A stretch of 64,000 bases of DNA from Lama guanicoe (Eukaryota): the NCBI GenBank assembly GCA_013239625.1, contig MU053810.1, forward strand, positions 62,001-126,000. Direction: 5' to 3'. Positions within the stretch are counted from its first letter, which is position 1, and each line of letters begins with the position of its first letter. Made by a program: the position numbers and the translations under genes. Of the stretch, positions 24,130-36,370 are shown piece after piece. The notes beneath the pieces were generated by a model, which saw nothing but the letters and a program-made list of their open reading frames with translations, was not told where the DNA came from and did not search any database.

Positions 24130-26608
24130 ACTCCCCTCCTCCGATGGACACACCTGATGAACAGCTACCCACAGAGCAAGTCCCCATGGGAGACAGACAC
24201 TGACTGAGCACTCAGTGGGGGACCAAGAGAAGAAGTACATCGAAATGAGTAGGAAAGGCTGAGACAGGCTCTTGCCATAGACCCCGGCCACGGCACAGAG
24301 CCAGACAGTTGGGAGGGAGTCCCCAAAGGCCAGCTTCTCCTTGAGGGGTGAAGGGTTTGGACCCCACATCTACAGCCCCAGATTTTAAAACTCCCACCCG
24401 AGAGGTGGGCCTCCACACACCTAGCTTTGGAAGCCAGTAGAGGTGGAGTCGACTAGATGCACTAGACAAGAGCAGACAAAGAAGCAGTTATTGATGGGCA
24501 CAAGGATTCACTTCCAGGGTCAGTGCAGAGGGAACAAGAGAAAACCACCCACCTCCCCGTCCTTCCCTGAATGGCATCTATCTGGGTACTTACAAAGCTG
24601 TTGCCTGAGGGTCAAGCTTCTAACTGGGCACACACCTGGGGGCTGACTGCGCTCCTCCCCAAAGCCCGGGAAGCCAGCGGACACCACCCCTACACTCCCT
24701 CTAGCCTGCTCCAGGTTGCCAGCATCTCCCTGAAAGGAACCTGTACGCACGTCTGCACCCCAGCCTTTGTGGCTGAGGGTAGGGGATGAGTCCCCAGGTC
24801 ACCTGGTTCTGATAGCCACCATAGCATCCATTCAGAAGTCCCACGGGATTACAGAAGACAGAAGCCATTTTAAACTGGCTGTTCCCCCAGGGGTCAGCAC
24901 AGAAGGAGCAGACACGAATGTCCATCTCCCAGTCTTTACATGGAAAGATTTGATTTGCACACTTCAAAATCTTCTTGCTGAGGGTCAGCCTCCTGACGTA
25001 CCACGCACCTAGAGGCTGCCTGTGATCCTCCCTGAAGACCAGGGAGGCCAGCAGACACGTCTCCTCCCCTCTCCCCCTGGCCTGCCTCCAGTGTGCTAGT
25101 CATCTCCCTGGAGCTACCTCCCGCGTACACATGTCTGAGCCCCAGCTTTTACGGCTGTCACCCAAGGGACAGGCACCCAAATCGCTTGGTTCTGATAGCA
25201 AAGAGGATTTGCGTTCCTGTAGCAAACAAAGTTCTTACCAGGCTCAGGAGCACACCTCTGGCCCCCGCCACACAGCTATACTCCTGGACCCAGTGCAGAG
25301 GGAACAGGCGAAAATGCCCACCTCCCCTTTCTCCCTCTCTACAGACATTCCCAGCTGCTGCCTCAGGGTCCAGCTTGCAACCAGCCTGCGTGTCAGTGCT
25401 GACTATGATTCTCCCCTCTGGGACCCTGACAAGTTAAAACAGACATCCAGATCCAGGAAGCCCGGGTTTTCAAAAAGGATGAGTACAAAGAGACTCACAC
25501 TGAGGCACGTTATAATTTAACTGTCAAAAGGTAAAGATAAGGAGAGAATCTTAGAAACAGCAAGAGAAAACAATGTCTTACATATAAGGGAACCCCCATA
25601 AAACTATCAGCTGACTTTCTGAGCAGAAACTGTGCAGGCCAGGGGGGGCTGGGATGTGTATTCAAACTCCTGAAAGAAGAAAAAACAAATCTACCAGCCA
25701 AGAATCATCTGTCCAGCAAGGTTGTCCTACAGAATTGAAGAACATATTACATATAAAAACCCCTAATGACTCCACCAGAAGCAGCTGTTAGAGCTAAGAA
25801 ACAAATTCAGTAAAGTTGCAGGAAACCAAATCATATAAAAAGTAGTCACACTGAAGTTACCCTTTCCAGAACTGAAGGAGAGTTTTCCAGACAAACAAAA
25901 ACTGAAGGAGTTCAGCACCAATATACTGACCCTACAAGAAATGTTAAAAAGACTTATTTAAGCTGAAACAAAAGGGCACTAATCAGTAAGAGGGAACATA
26001 TGAAAGTATAAATCTTCCCGATAAAGGTAAATATACAATTAAATTTGGAATAATCTAATGCTGCAATGGTGCTGGGTTAATCACTTACAAAGGCAATATG
26101 AAGGTGAAAAGGCCAAACAGGAAAAATATAACTATAAACGTTTGTTAATGGTAACTCAAGGTAAAAAGATGCAAATGTGACATCAAAAACATAAAATGTG
26201 GTGGGAGAGAAGAGTAAAAATGTCGAGTTTTAGAATGCCTTTTAACTTGTTATCAGTTTAAAATAGATTGTTATAACTCTTCGATGTCTTCTGTAAGCCT
26301 CATGGTAACCACAAAACAAAACCCCACAGAAGACACACAAAAGATAAAGGAATCTAAGCATACCACTCAGAAAAATCTTCAAATCATGAAGATAACAAGA
26401 AGAGAACAGAGAAATTACAAAACAGCCAAAAAACAATTAACAAAATTATTGTCAGTAAGTCCATGTTTATTAATAATTATGTGAAATGTTAATGAACTAA
26501 ATTATCTCACCAAAAGATACAGAGTAGCCGAACCAAGACTCATCTATTTCTGCCTGTAAGAGACTGACTTTGGCTTTAAGAACCCAAAAACCTAAAAGTG
26601 AAGGGATG
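24130..26608 (+). mobile_element. Old L1 5' portion: 5'UTR with internal subrepeats, ORF1 3' end, inter-ORF region, start of ORF2 endonuclease
   Basis: Recurring 'cagtgcagagggaaca' (24521, 25291) and 'ggttctgatagc' (24805, 25188). ORF1 motif 'gataaggagagaatcttagaaacagcaagaga...cccataaaactatcagctgactt'. EN motif 'tgcctgtaagagactgactt...aaagtgaagggatg'. Confidence 0.8.
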
Positions 26609-27110
26609 TCCCATTCCTGGGTATCTATCCAGAGAGAACTCTAATTCAAAAAGATATATGCACCCCAGTGTTCATAGCAGCACTATTTACAATAGCCAAG
26701 ACATGGAAATAACCTAAACATCCATCCACAGATGACTGGATAAAGAAGTTGTGGTATATTTATACAATGGAATACTACTCAGCCATAAAAATAATAAAAC
26801 AGTGCCACTTGCAGCAACATGGATGGACCTGGAAATTGTAATTCTAAGTGAAATTAGCCAGAAAGAGAAAGAAAAATACCGTATGATATGTGGAATCAAA
26901 AAAAAAAAAAAGGACACTATGAACTCATCTACAAAACAGAAACAGACTAGCAGACATAGTAAACAATCTTATGGTTACCGGGAAAAGGAGGCGGGAAGGG
27001 ATAAATTTGAGAGTTTGAGATGTGCAAATGTTAACCACTATATATAAAAATACATTAAAAATAAATAAAAGGTTATTGAACTTGAACACACACCAAAAAA
27101 AAAAAAAGCA
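26609..27110 (+). mobile_element. Younger L1 3' end with A-rich tail
   Basis: 'tcccattcctgggtatctatccagag...tgcaccccagtgttcatagcagcactatttacaatagccaagacatgg...gcagcaacatggatggacct'. Confidence 0.9.
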
Positions 27111-28098
27111 GTTAAAGTATCTGCTGAATCCCTGAGAAGTAACCAGAATAAAAGGTCTTCAATGGAAAAAAAAAATCATTTTTGGGTTATCTAGACACTA
27201 TTTCTCCAGGGAGGGGATTATAAAGACTTTTGCTTCTCTCCTGCCTCTTCGCCCCTGTTGCCACCCCCTTGGTGTCTGCAAAACTTGTTGTCTTTGGCAG
27301 CAGAGGTTGAACACACTGGAGGGTGAAGCCCTGTGGGTTTGTCTGCTACTTTCTCTGGCTTTTGCTTAAGGCTCAGAGATGAGGCTGAACAAAGAAACTG
27401 AAATGAAACTTTCTGATTATCTGTGTTTTTCCAATTAATCCTGCACCCCACTAAGGGATCATAAGTTGGCTTCAACACTCTGTCCCTAAGAGATGAATCT
27501 TCATTTGCCAGATGGCTGGGCATCAACTGGATGGCCTGGCATTTCATTTCTTCCTGTCCAGTAAAATGAGAAAATTCAAACCAGACACTGAAACGTCCTA
27601 TTTTCTTTCATTAAAAACATTTCTTAATGGTGTCGCTGGGCACTCTGAGAGTGAACTTCAATGTTTCTGAACCTCTGAATGCTGGAAACAGGGATAAAAC
27701 TGCCATTCTAAAAGTGCCAGACAGTTACATAATATGACTCTGAACTACTGGTTCTCAACTCTGCCAGCATATTAGGAACAACTGGGGAGATATGAATTAA
27801 GGATGCCTGCCATCTGCCCCCTTATTATCCCAGTGGGGCGCCAGCATCAGTATTAAAAACAAAACAGACCACATCAAACCAAAGCAAAACAAAACACCTT
27901 CCATGTGATGAGAATATGCAGTAAGGACTGAGAAGTCACTGCTCTGAGGGTAAAAGAGGTTAACCATCTTCAGAATAAACATTTTATTCTAGGAGAGATT
28001 ATTTTGAGGAGCCCCTTTGTAAGAAGAGATACTTTGAGGTACTTGGAGCACCTCTGAATATTGGCAAACTGATCCAAATGCAAATAGTTTAGACAGAT

Positions 28099-28720
28099 AT
28101 GTTAGCTATCCATTGCTGTGTAACATAATACCATGAACTTAGCAATAACTGTGTCATTGCTCATAACTTAGTGAGATAACATGTGCGTTCCAGTGCCTTA
28201 AAGCAAGATACACTTACTATCTCGCAGTTTCTGTGGTCAAGAGTCTCAGCATGGCTTAGGCTGAGCTCTCTGCTTCAGAGTCTGTCACAAGGCTGTAATT
28301 GAGGCGTTGGCCGGGGCTGGGGTCTTATCTGAAGGCTTGACTTTATTTTTAAGCTCACATGATTATTTGTAAGACTGGTTCCCTACAGGCTCTTGAACTG
28401 AGGTCCTTAGGTCCCAGCTGGCTACTGACTGTTGGCTGGAAGTTGCCCTCAATTCCTTGCCACGTTGGCTGCTCCAGCCTGACTGTTTACTTCATCAAAG
28501 CACACAAGCCAAGAAGGCAATGGAGAAAGTCTGCCAGTGACATGTAAGTTACAGTCTTACGTAATCTAACCTGGAAAGCGATACCCCATCCACTTAAAAT
28601 GTTCCATTGGTCAGAATCAAGTCACAAGTCCTACACACATGCAAAAGGAGGGCATCACAAAGGAGGAGGTCAGTACCAGGAGCTGGGGAACTGTGGAAGG
28701 CACCTTAGTCTTCCTGCCTC
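28099..28720 (-). mobile_element. MLT1 (F/G-like) MaLR LTR
   Basis: 'tgttagctatccattgctgtgtaaca...ctcgcagtttctgtggtcaagag...ggggctggggtcttatctgaaggcttgact...ccattggtcagaatcaagtcac'. Confidence 0.75.
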
Positions 28721-28799
28721 AGTTCGGCTTTAGTAATTCAATTTAACAGTATAAAATCACGCTCTGTGGTAAGGAGGGTGCATCCCTATGGACACTTTC

Positions 28800-30155
28800 C
28801 CCCAGCTTTATTGAGGTATAATTTTAAAATAAAATTTTACATATTTAAAGTATACAACATGATGTTTTGATACATGTATACAAACGTTATGAAGTGCTTA
28901 TCACAATCAAGCTAATTAACATATCTGCCACCTCATATAGTCACCTTTTTATTTTGTTGAGAGCAATCAAGATCTACTCTCTTATTCAATTTCAAGCATA
29001 CAATACAGTACTGCTAACTAGTCACTGTGCCCACATTAGATATCCAGAACTTCCTCATCCTGCGTATCTTGAACTCCGTACCCTTTGAACCAACATTTTC
29101 CCATTTCCCCTACCCTCCAGCCCCTGGTCAACAGCATTCTACTCTCCGCTTCGAGGAGTTTGACTTTTTTAGACTTTATAGATAGGCAACATCATGTGGT
29201 ATTTGACTTTCTGTGTCTGGCTTTTTTCACTTAGCATAATGTCCTCCAGGCCCATCCATATTGTCACAAATGACAAGATTTCCTCCTCTTTAAGGCTGAA
29301 TATTTCATTGTGTGTGTGCATGTGTATATGTATGTATGTGTGTGTGTGTGTGTACATATATACATACATATGCCACATCATCTGTATCCACTCATCTGTC
29401 GATGGACACTTAGGCTGTTTCTGTAACTTGGCTGTTGTTAGTACTGCAAACGTGGGAAGTGCAGATTTCTTTGTGAGACACTGATTCCACTCCCTTCGGA
29501 TATATACCCAGGAAGTAGGCTTTGTTGGAACATATGATAGTCTGTTTAATTTTCTGAGGACCCTGCATACTGTTTTCCATAACAGTTGTACCAGTTTACA
29601 ATCCCACCAACTGTGTGCAAGGGTTCTCTTTTCTCTGCATCCTTGCCAACACTTATCTTTTGTCTTTTTTGATAATAACCAATCTAACAGTTTTGGGGCA
29701 ACATTCACAGTGATGTTCACTTGCATTTCCCAATGATTAGCAGTACTGAGTACCATCTCATATGCCTGTTGGTCATTTGTTTATCTTCTTTTGAGAAACG
29801 TCTGTTCAGGTCCTTTGCCCATGTTGAAGTTGTTTCCTAGCTTTTGAGTTACCTGAGTTCCTTATATATTTTAGCTATGAATTCCTTATCAGATACATGG
29901 TTTGAAAATATTTTCTCCCATTCCATAGACTGTCTCTTCACTCTATATTCATTTATGGAGCAGCTTTTTATTTTAATGAAATCCCATTCGTCAATTTTTG
30001 CTTTTGTAACCTTTGCTTTTGGGTTCATATCAAAAAAAAAAAAAAACATTGCCCAGACCAAAGTCAAGAAACTTTTCCCCTGTTTTCTAGTAGTTTTACA
30101 GTTTCAGGTCTTACATTTAAGTCTTTACTTTGAGTTAACTTTTGTATATGGTGTG
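28800..30155 (-). mobile_element. L1MA-type L1 3' end (ORF2 C-terminus + 3'UTR)
   Basis: ORF remnants 30067-29849 (KAKIDEWDFIKIKS...WEKIFSNHVSDK) and 29756-29169; terminus 'cagctttattgaggtataat'. Confidence 0.9.
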
Positions 30156-30248
30156 AGGTAATTAAGTTTATTTTTAATGGAGGTACTGGGGATTGAACCC
30201 AGGACCCCGCACACACTATGTACTCTACCACTGAGCTATATCCTCCCC
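30155..30248 (-). mobile_element. tRNA-derived SINE (vic-1-like)
   Basis: The reverse complement reads ggggaggatatagctcagtggtagag...gggtcctgggttcaatccccagtacctcc, with A and B boxes. Confidence 0.85.
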
Positions 30249-30254
30249 TCGGGT

Positions 30255-30400
30255 AACTTTTTATAAGGGTACTAATTCCCTCATGAGAGCTCCACCCTCA
30301 TGGCCTAACCACCTCCTCAAGACCCCATCTTCAAATACCATCACATTGGGGATCAGAGTTTCAACATACAGATTTGGGGCGGGGAGAACATTCGGTCTAG
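30255..30400 (-). mobile_element. MLT1A/MST-like LTR fragment
   Basis: 'ctaattccctcatgagagctccaccctcatggcctaaccacctcc...aataccatcacattggggatcagagtttcaacata'. Confidence 0.8.
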
Positions 30401-32130
30401 CGCGTTCTCTGCTGCCATCCAGGACCTCCGGGCAAACTCCCGGTGATGGAGAGAATGCTGCCCAAGCAGAGGGCTTTCACTGTGAAAGGCAAGCCCGCAG
30501 TGCTGAGTTCTAGTCTTGTTCCTCATAAATGTTTTCTCTACTGCTGTGGATATGGTTTAGCTTCTCTGTACTACTTTTCCTGTCAGTAAATTTTAAAATC
30601 AATCAAGCTGTTATCTTTATATCTATATTTGCTTTCCAACAGAGCCCCTGGAAAACACATCAAAAGTTTTTTGTTTTTTTTTTAACACTTGCTCAAGTAC
30701 ATGGGTCTCTTCCAATGGGCAGTTCTACCTACAGCCCACCTTGTTTGCAGGCAGCACTTAAAACTGGCTTTCTTTGTGAAGTGATTTTACTTTGGATCCC
30801 CCAAGGAGTTTTTAACTTGGAATTAATAACTCAGACCCAAGTGTTTAGTTTGGAAGACAGAGGTTATTGTAAATCTCTGAGTTCCCCAATCCACGGCCAA
30901 GTGGAAAGTTTTTCTAAGCATCAGCTGGAGGGAGGGGCCAGCCTAGCCCTTTCCCAGCTCTCTTCCAGGTAACCCCTGTCAACGGCTCAGAGGCACAAGC
31001 CTTTCACACCCACCTAGTCTGCCTACTTGCCAAGAACTCCACAGCCCGGGGAATTCCAAGAAGAAAACAACACATCAGTTTGAGAGATGGGTTTTTTTTT
31101 TAATCTCCATAAATTATTTTCTTGTTTTGATCATGAGCATCACTGCTGAGCAGAGTATGTGTCCTGCCACCACTCCAGAATTTTCAACCTATCTGTCATC
31201 CACCCGAGCAAGCAGTGTGAGGCTGGGTCTTCAGCAACCTTCCCTCATCTGCACACCTTGATGGATGGCCCACCAGCAGCCTGTAGCGGGGTCACTGCTA
31301 GTGGGGGCAGGAAACCTTGGGGGTGGGGGAAGCTACACCTGGCTTTCAGCTGAGAAAGAGCAGGAAATAATGGGAGGATTCCCCCACAGTCCTAACCCCC
31401 ATCCCAGAGAACCTATTTCTACTTTTAAAATTCTAAGTCTGTTATGGTTACACATGTTTCTAACCCATTCTGCTGGCCACTTTAAATGTTTACTTTTGCA
31501 CTGGGACTTTCAAAGATTGGATGACCTTTTTTTTTTCTTTTTTTTTTTTGGAGGGTGGTGGTGGGGAAAAAAGGAACATTATATCCCACAAAGCCCAGCA
31601 CGCCACATGTAGCCACACAGCATTTCCCAAACAACTGTTCTTACATCTCCAAGGAGAAGGCTCTACTCACAACTACTTTTTACCATTTTGGTGTCAGATA
31701 CCAAGTGCTAACAAGCCAACGGGTTGTATACATCATGTGCTTTCCCTTTTTTGCTCTCAAACCATCAGATATCAGCAAGGTTTTGGCAGCTCCTCTTTCC
31801 TGGAAACTCAGGCTGCAAAGATGTAAGGCTTCCCTTTTCAGATTTTCCCTTCCAAAATACTGGGATTGATACAGACAGATGTTTCCAGCACTTCATCACA
31901 CTGGTTAGTGAGGAAACAAGTTTTTCATCAGACCAAAATGAGGCATCAACAATATTTCAAAAGAAGAACCAATTCTAGTATCTCCCTGCATAGATCATGG
32001 CTTCTCGCAAGCTATGAACTCTGACCTCCACTAGAGTAATGAAAATTTGACAGGTTTTCCCTTTGCCTTCATACCTCCCTATTGGTCAATTCACATGCTT
32101 CATTTAATACTCTTAAGAATACCCTTTAGT

Positions 32131-32271
32131 GGGGAGGATGTAGCTCAAGTGGTAGAGCGCATGCTTAGCGTGCACCGGGTCCTGGGTTCAATCCCCAGTA
32201 CCTCCTCTAAAAAAACAAACAAATCTAATTACCCGCTCCCCCAGAATAAAAAATAAAACAAATTTTAAAAA
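32131..32271 (+). mobile_element. Full-length tRNA-derived SINE (camelid vic-1-like) with TSD
   Basis: ggggaggatgtagctcaagtggtagagcgc...gggttcaatccccagtacctcc plus A-rich tail. TSD aagaataccctttagt (32115-32130) / aagaatacccctttagt (32272-32288) at a TT/AAGA endonuclease site. Confidence 0.92.
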
Positions 32272-32913
32272 AAGAATACCCCTTTAGTTCAGATTCACAA
32301 AAGTCTTTACCGTTTCAACTTCCCTCTATAATTTTCCTGCCACTTCACTGTGTATTTTCTTAACTGGACCCACTGCCCCTTCTTTCTATTTTTCAATAGA
32401 TTTGGAGGATAGACGTTGCTGGGAAGCTGAGGGCTCTGTGATATTTTCGGTTTCCTCCTTAGGAGGGGAGCTAGCGCTCAGCATCTCACTCCAGTCCCCC
32501 TCGTAGAAATTGGATACAAGCTGCATTCCCAGAACTCTCCAGTGTGTTGAGATGGAACATAAAAATAGCCTTCTCCACTGCAGGGGACAGATTCTGATTA
32601 GAAATCTTGAAATATTTTCTCAGTTTCATTTTCCATGGAAGGGACTAGATTTTAAGCCAGGCAGCTGGCAAACAGCCACATGGCTTTTTGGCTTGCTGGC
32701 CCTGACATCTCATGAGGACAACTCAAAACACTTACAAAACTCTTTTGGTTCAGGAGCTCAGGGAGTTGGAGAGAACCCACCCACCTCGGGTCCATGATCC
32801 TGCTAATGAGGGTGCACCTGCTGTGGTGCTCAGTGCTGGATGCACGTGGCGCCCAGTGCCACGGTCTTCCCTAGTAATTATTCCCTGTGCCGACTTTAAA
32901 ATCCCGTTCCTTA

Positions 32914-33160
32914 TCTGTATGTATATGTATGACTGAAACGCTGTACACCAGAAACTGACACAGCATTGTAAACTGACTACACTTCAATTTAAAAATATCC
33001 AGTTCCTTAGATCTGATTCATCTTGTGTAACTGAAAGTTTGTAGCCATTGAATAGCAACTCCCTGAGCAACTACCATCCTACTCACTGCTTCTGTGAGTT
33101 TGGCTGTTTTGTTAAGAGGGTGGATCTCATGTTAAACATTCTTATTATAATGAATGGAAC
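32914..33160. mobile_element. Compound of short L1 3' fragments (young + tail, then an older partly inverted piece)
   Basis: 'tatgtatgactgaaacgctgtacaccagaaactgacacagcattgtaaactgactacacttcaat' (+); 33010-33110 L1 3'UTR (-); 33111-33160 'gttaagagggtggatctcatgttaa' (+). Confidence 0.75.
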
Positions 33161-33274
33161 AAATCCTGTTCCTTGTCTTGGGCAGAGGACTTGGTGATCT
33201 GGAATAAGGCTACTCCAGCCCACGCTCAGAGCACCAGTTAATCTGCTCATGATATCTCAGGCAGGGCTGGTTTG

Positions 33275-33610
33275 TTCACTTCTTCAACAAATACTTATTG
33301 AGCACCTACTATGTGCCAGGTGCAGGGCTAGTTCTGGCTGACAGCTATGACCACGCAGGCAGGTTTCCTTCCATCAGGGTCTAATTCTCTCTCCAGTGGA
33401 GGGGAGAAGTAAAAAAAAAAACTGTAAGCTAATAATTAGAAATGAATGATAGGAATAAAATTAACAGTGTGCTGGGTGAGGAAATGCTGTAGTAGGGGTG
33501 GAAAGCAAGAAAGACCTATCTTAGACAGGGTGGCTCCAGAAAGCCTTTCTGGGAATGTGACCTTTAACACGCGACCGGAAAACCAGGGAGTTAGAAGGAG
33601 TCTGAAAATA
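33275..33610 (-). mobile_element. L2 3' end
   Basis: 'ttcaacaaatacttattgagcacctactatgtgccagg'. Confidence 0.85.
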
Positions 33611-33879
33611 TGTATGACCCCTCCGGGAAGGGAATTACTCGTCACAGTGTGGTGACTCGCTATCAGTGTCTGTTGAGAACCATCTCTATGCTTGCTTCCC
33701 CTTCCTGGCCCCTGCACCTTGCTCCCTGTAGGCACCTAGAGACACTCCACTGGACCTTTGAGGGAGACAAGAAAAATGGTGGCCCCTGCAATTTCAAGGA
33801 GATGTAGTAACAGTATGCTTTACGTTGCTATGGACATTTCTTTGTATCTTTAGCCTTGATCTTGCCCCTGAACCCTAGA

Positions 33880-34830
33880 CTCTGAGGTCCAGTTGCACGC
33901 ATAGTGTCTCCCTGTGGTTGTCTAATATACATCTCAATTCATCAGGTCTAAAACGAAGCTCTTAATTTTCTGCCTGAGATTCCCTCAGCTTGCAAATGAC
34001 ACCAGCATCTACCCAGTAGCCTGAGCCAAAAACAGTCTTTCTTGATTCTTTTTCTCACCCCCTTCGTGCAATATGTTAGTATGACCCTCTCACCAGTATA
34101 TCTAGAACCACCCACTTCTCTCCTTCTCCAAGGCCACCATCGTGATCCAAACCCTCGACACCTGTACTGCTGCAACAGCTTCCTGCAAGCCTCCTTGTTT
34201 CCTCTACAACTATTTTTCCGCAGCATAGACAGAGTGATCGTTGTAATGTTAAATCAGGCCTTCTTAATCCCCTTCGTAACCCTTCCAAGGGCTTCTCATG
34301 GTCTTCATAATCCCTGAAAAGCCATTGATCCATGCACTTCCCCAGTCCTATCTCAGCCCATTCTCCTTGCTCAGCTTTGATCACTACTCTCCAGTCATAG
34401 TGAGCTTCAAATTCTTCACTACACAAGCTCATTCCAGCCTCAGGGCCTTTGCACATATTATTCTTCTACCTGAAGCCCTTGTCCTTCAGATATTTGCATG
34501 GTCTCCTCCTCTTCCTTTAAAACTTTGTTCAGTCACCCCCTCAGGAGGCCTTTTCTTGGGCACACTCTCTAATAAAGTCCCCAGCTAACTACATTACTTT
34601 GTTTAATCTAATTCATACCATGTATTTCCATCTGCAGTTAGCTTTTTTTTTTCACTTGTCAGTGGTCCCCCCCCCCATTAGAAGTTTAGCCCCAAAGGAA
34701 CAGGAACCCTGTCTGTTTTGTATACTGCTACACCACCCAGAAGGTCGGGTCCACCCTTCCTACCTAGAACAGTGCCTGACGCACACAGTAGGTGTTCATA
34801 ATACATTTGTTGGATGAATGCATAAATGAA
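33880..34830 (+). mobile_element. L2 LINE 3' ~950 bp
   Basis: 'cctcagggcctttgcacat...tagaacagtgcctgacgcacagtaggtgttcataatacatttgttggatgaatg'. Confidence 0.85.
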
Positions 34831-34869
34831 TAAAATATAGCATAAAATACTCTTGTGACAGTCTTAAAA

Positions 34870-35012
34870 CATATATTAAGGAACCATTCTTATCCCTATT
34901 TTACAGATGAGGAACTAGAGGCTGAGACACCCAGAGAAATTAAGTAACTTGATCAAAATCACACCATGAATCTGTGATGAAACTGGCATTTGGACCTAAG
35001 TGATCTGACTCC
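34870..35012 (-). mobile_element. MIR SINE
   Basis: 'tatccctattttacagatgaggaactagaggc...aagtaacttg'. Confidence 0.75.
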
Positions 35013-35059
35013 AGTTATCTTTTTTCTTTTTAATAGTAAGAATCTTATTTTTCTCAAAA

Positions 35060-35280
35060 ATTTATCAGTCATCTTTACTGAGCTATAAACTACATACGTA
35101 ATCAAATGTACCCATTTTAAGTATATAATCCAATGGATTTTGATGAATATATACAACCAGGGAACCACACTATGATATAGAACAAGATACAGAGTATTTC
35201 TGTCACCCCAAAACTTTCCCTGTGCCTCTTTGTGGTCAGTCTCCACTGTCCTGGCAACTACTGATCTTCCTTCCATCAGC
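35060..35280 (-). mobile_element. Old L1 (L1ME/MB) 3' end
   Basis: 'aaatgtacccattttaagtatataatccaatggattttgatgaatatatac...gtcaccccaaaactttccc'. Confidence 0.75.
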
Positions 35281-35438
35281 CTCTGTACTTTGTTTTTCTC
35301 CCTGAACTGCTTTCACCACTAGGGCATACGACCTCTCTGAGCTTGAGGCTCCTCGTTTGCGTCATGTGGATGATGATGGTGAGAGGGGTGCATTACGGTC
35401 ACTGATGCCTGTAGCATGTGTATAACGGTGTTAGACTT

Positions 35439-35640
35439 TGTATTCGTCTGCTTGGGATGACATAACCCAATACCATGGACTGGGTGGCTTAAATAACCGA
35501 AGCTTTGCCCATCCCTGACCTCATTTGGCCCTAACTACCTTCTGAAGGTCTCATCTTCAAATACCATTAGAGATTCAATAGATGAATTTCAGCATACGAA
35601 TGAAATGCGGGTGGGGGGACACAATTCAGTCCTTGGTAGC
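35439..35640 (-). mobile_element. Internally deleted MLT1 LTR
   Basis: 'tgtattcgtctgcttggg...ggactgggtggcttaaataac' joined to 'cttcaaatacca...ggggacacaattcagtcc'. Confidence 0.7.
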
Positions 35641-35775
35641 TTTTATTATAGAATCATTCAACTAGTGAATTTCAGAGCTGAGACTTTCTCCCAGGGCCCA
35701 AGGGGCTTGCTCATTCCGTTATTCTAGTTTCCCTCCCTTTTACCAGCACATGTCATCTCCCAGGACATTATTCCT

Positions 35776-36370
35776 TGTGAAGGTTAATTTTGTGTGTCAA
35801 CTTGATGGAGGACATGGGTGACCAGATAGATGGTTAAACATTACATCTGGGGGTCTCTGGGAGGGTGTTTGTGGAACACTTTGAGTTGGTGGACTGAGTG
35901 AAGCAGATGGCCCTCCCCAACGTGGGTGGGCATCGTCTGATCCACAGAGGGCCTGCATAGGACAAAAAGGCAGAGGAAGCTGCAGTTCTCTCTCTGCCTG
36001 ACTGAGGAGCTGGGACATTGATTTTCTCTTGCCCTCGGCATTTCTGGTTCTCAGGCCTTGAGACTCAGACCGGAATCTACATGATGGCTCTCTTGCCAGT
36101 GAACTACACCACTGGCTTTGCTGGGTCCCCAGCTTGCAGATGGCAGACCATGGGACTTGATACGGACTTACCTCCATAATCACTTGAGCCAATGCCTTAT
36201 AATAAATCCCTTTCTGAATAGATCTAGAGCTGTATAAAAAACTATATGTGTGTGTGTACACACACACACACACACACACAGTGTGCTCCCTCTTACACGT
36301 TCCCTCTGGCACTCTCTCTCTCCATCCATCCTATGTTTTTCTGTTTCTCTGGGGAACCCTGAGTAGTACA
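35776..36370 (+). mobile_element. MLT2-type (ERVL) solo LTR containing a (TG)/(CA) microsatellite
   Basis: TG...CA termini; 'tgtgaaggttaattttgtgtgtcaacttga...gcagatggccctccccaacgtgggtgggcatc...aataaatccc...ctctggggaaccctgagtagtaca'. Confidence 0.88.

Noticed and set aside
15389..30400. MLT1A pieces at 15.4 kb and 30.3 kb as halves of one split LTR
   Set aside because: They overlap in consensus position and the CCDC3 exon lies between them, so they are independent copies.
32131..32205. tRNA-Ala gene
   Set aside because: It has an A-rich tail and TSD and an imperfect cloverleaf, so it is a tRNA-derived SINE. The same applies to 30155-30248.
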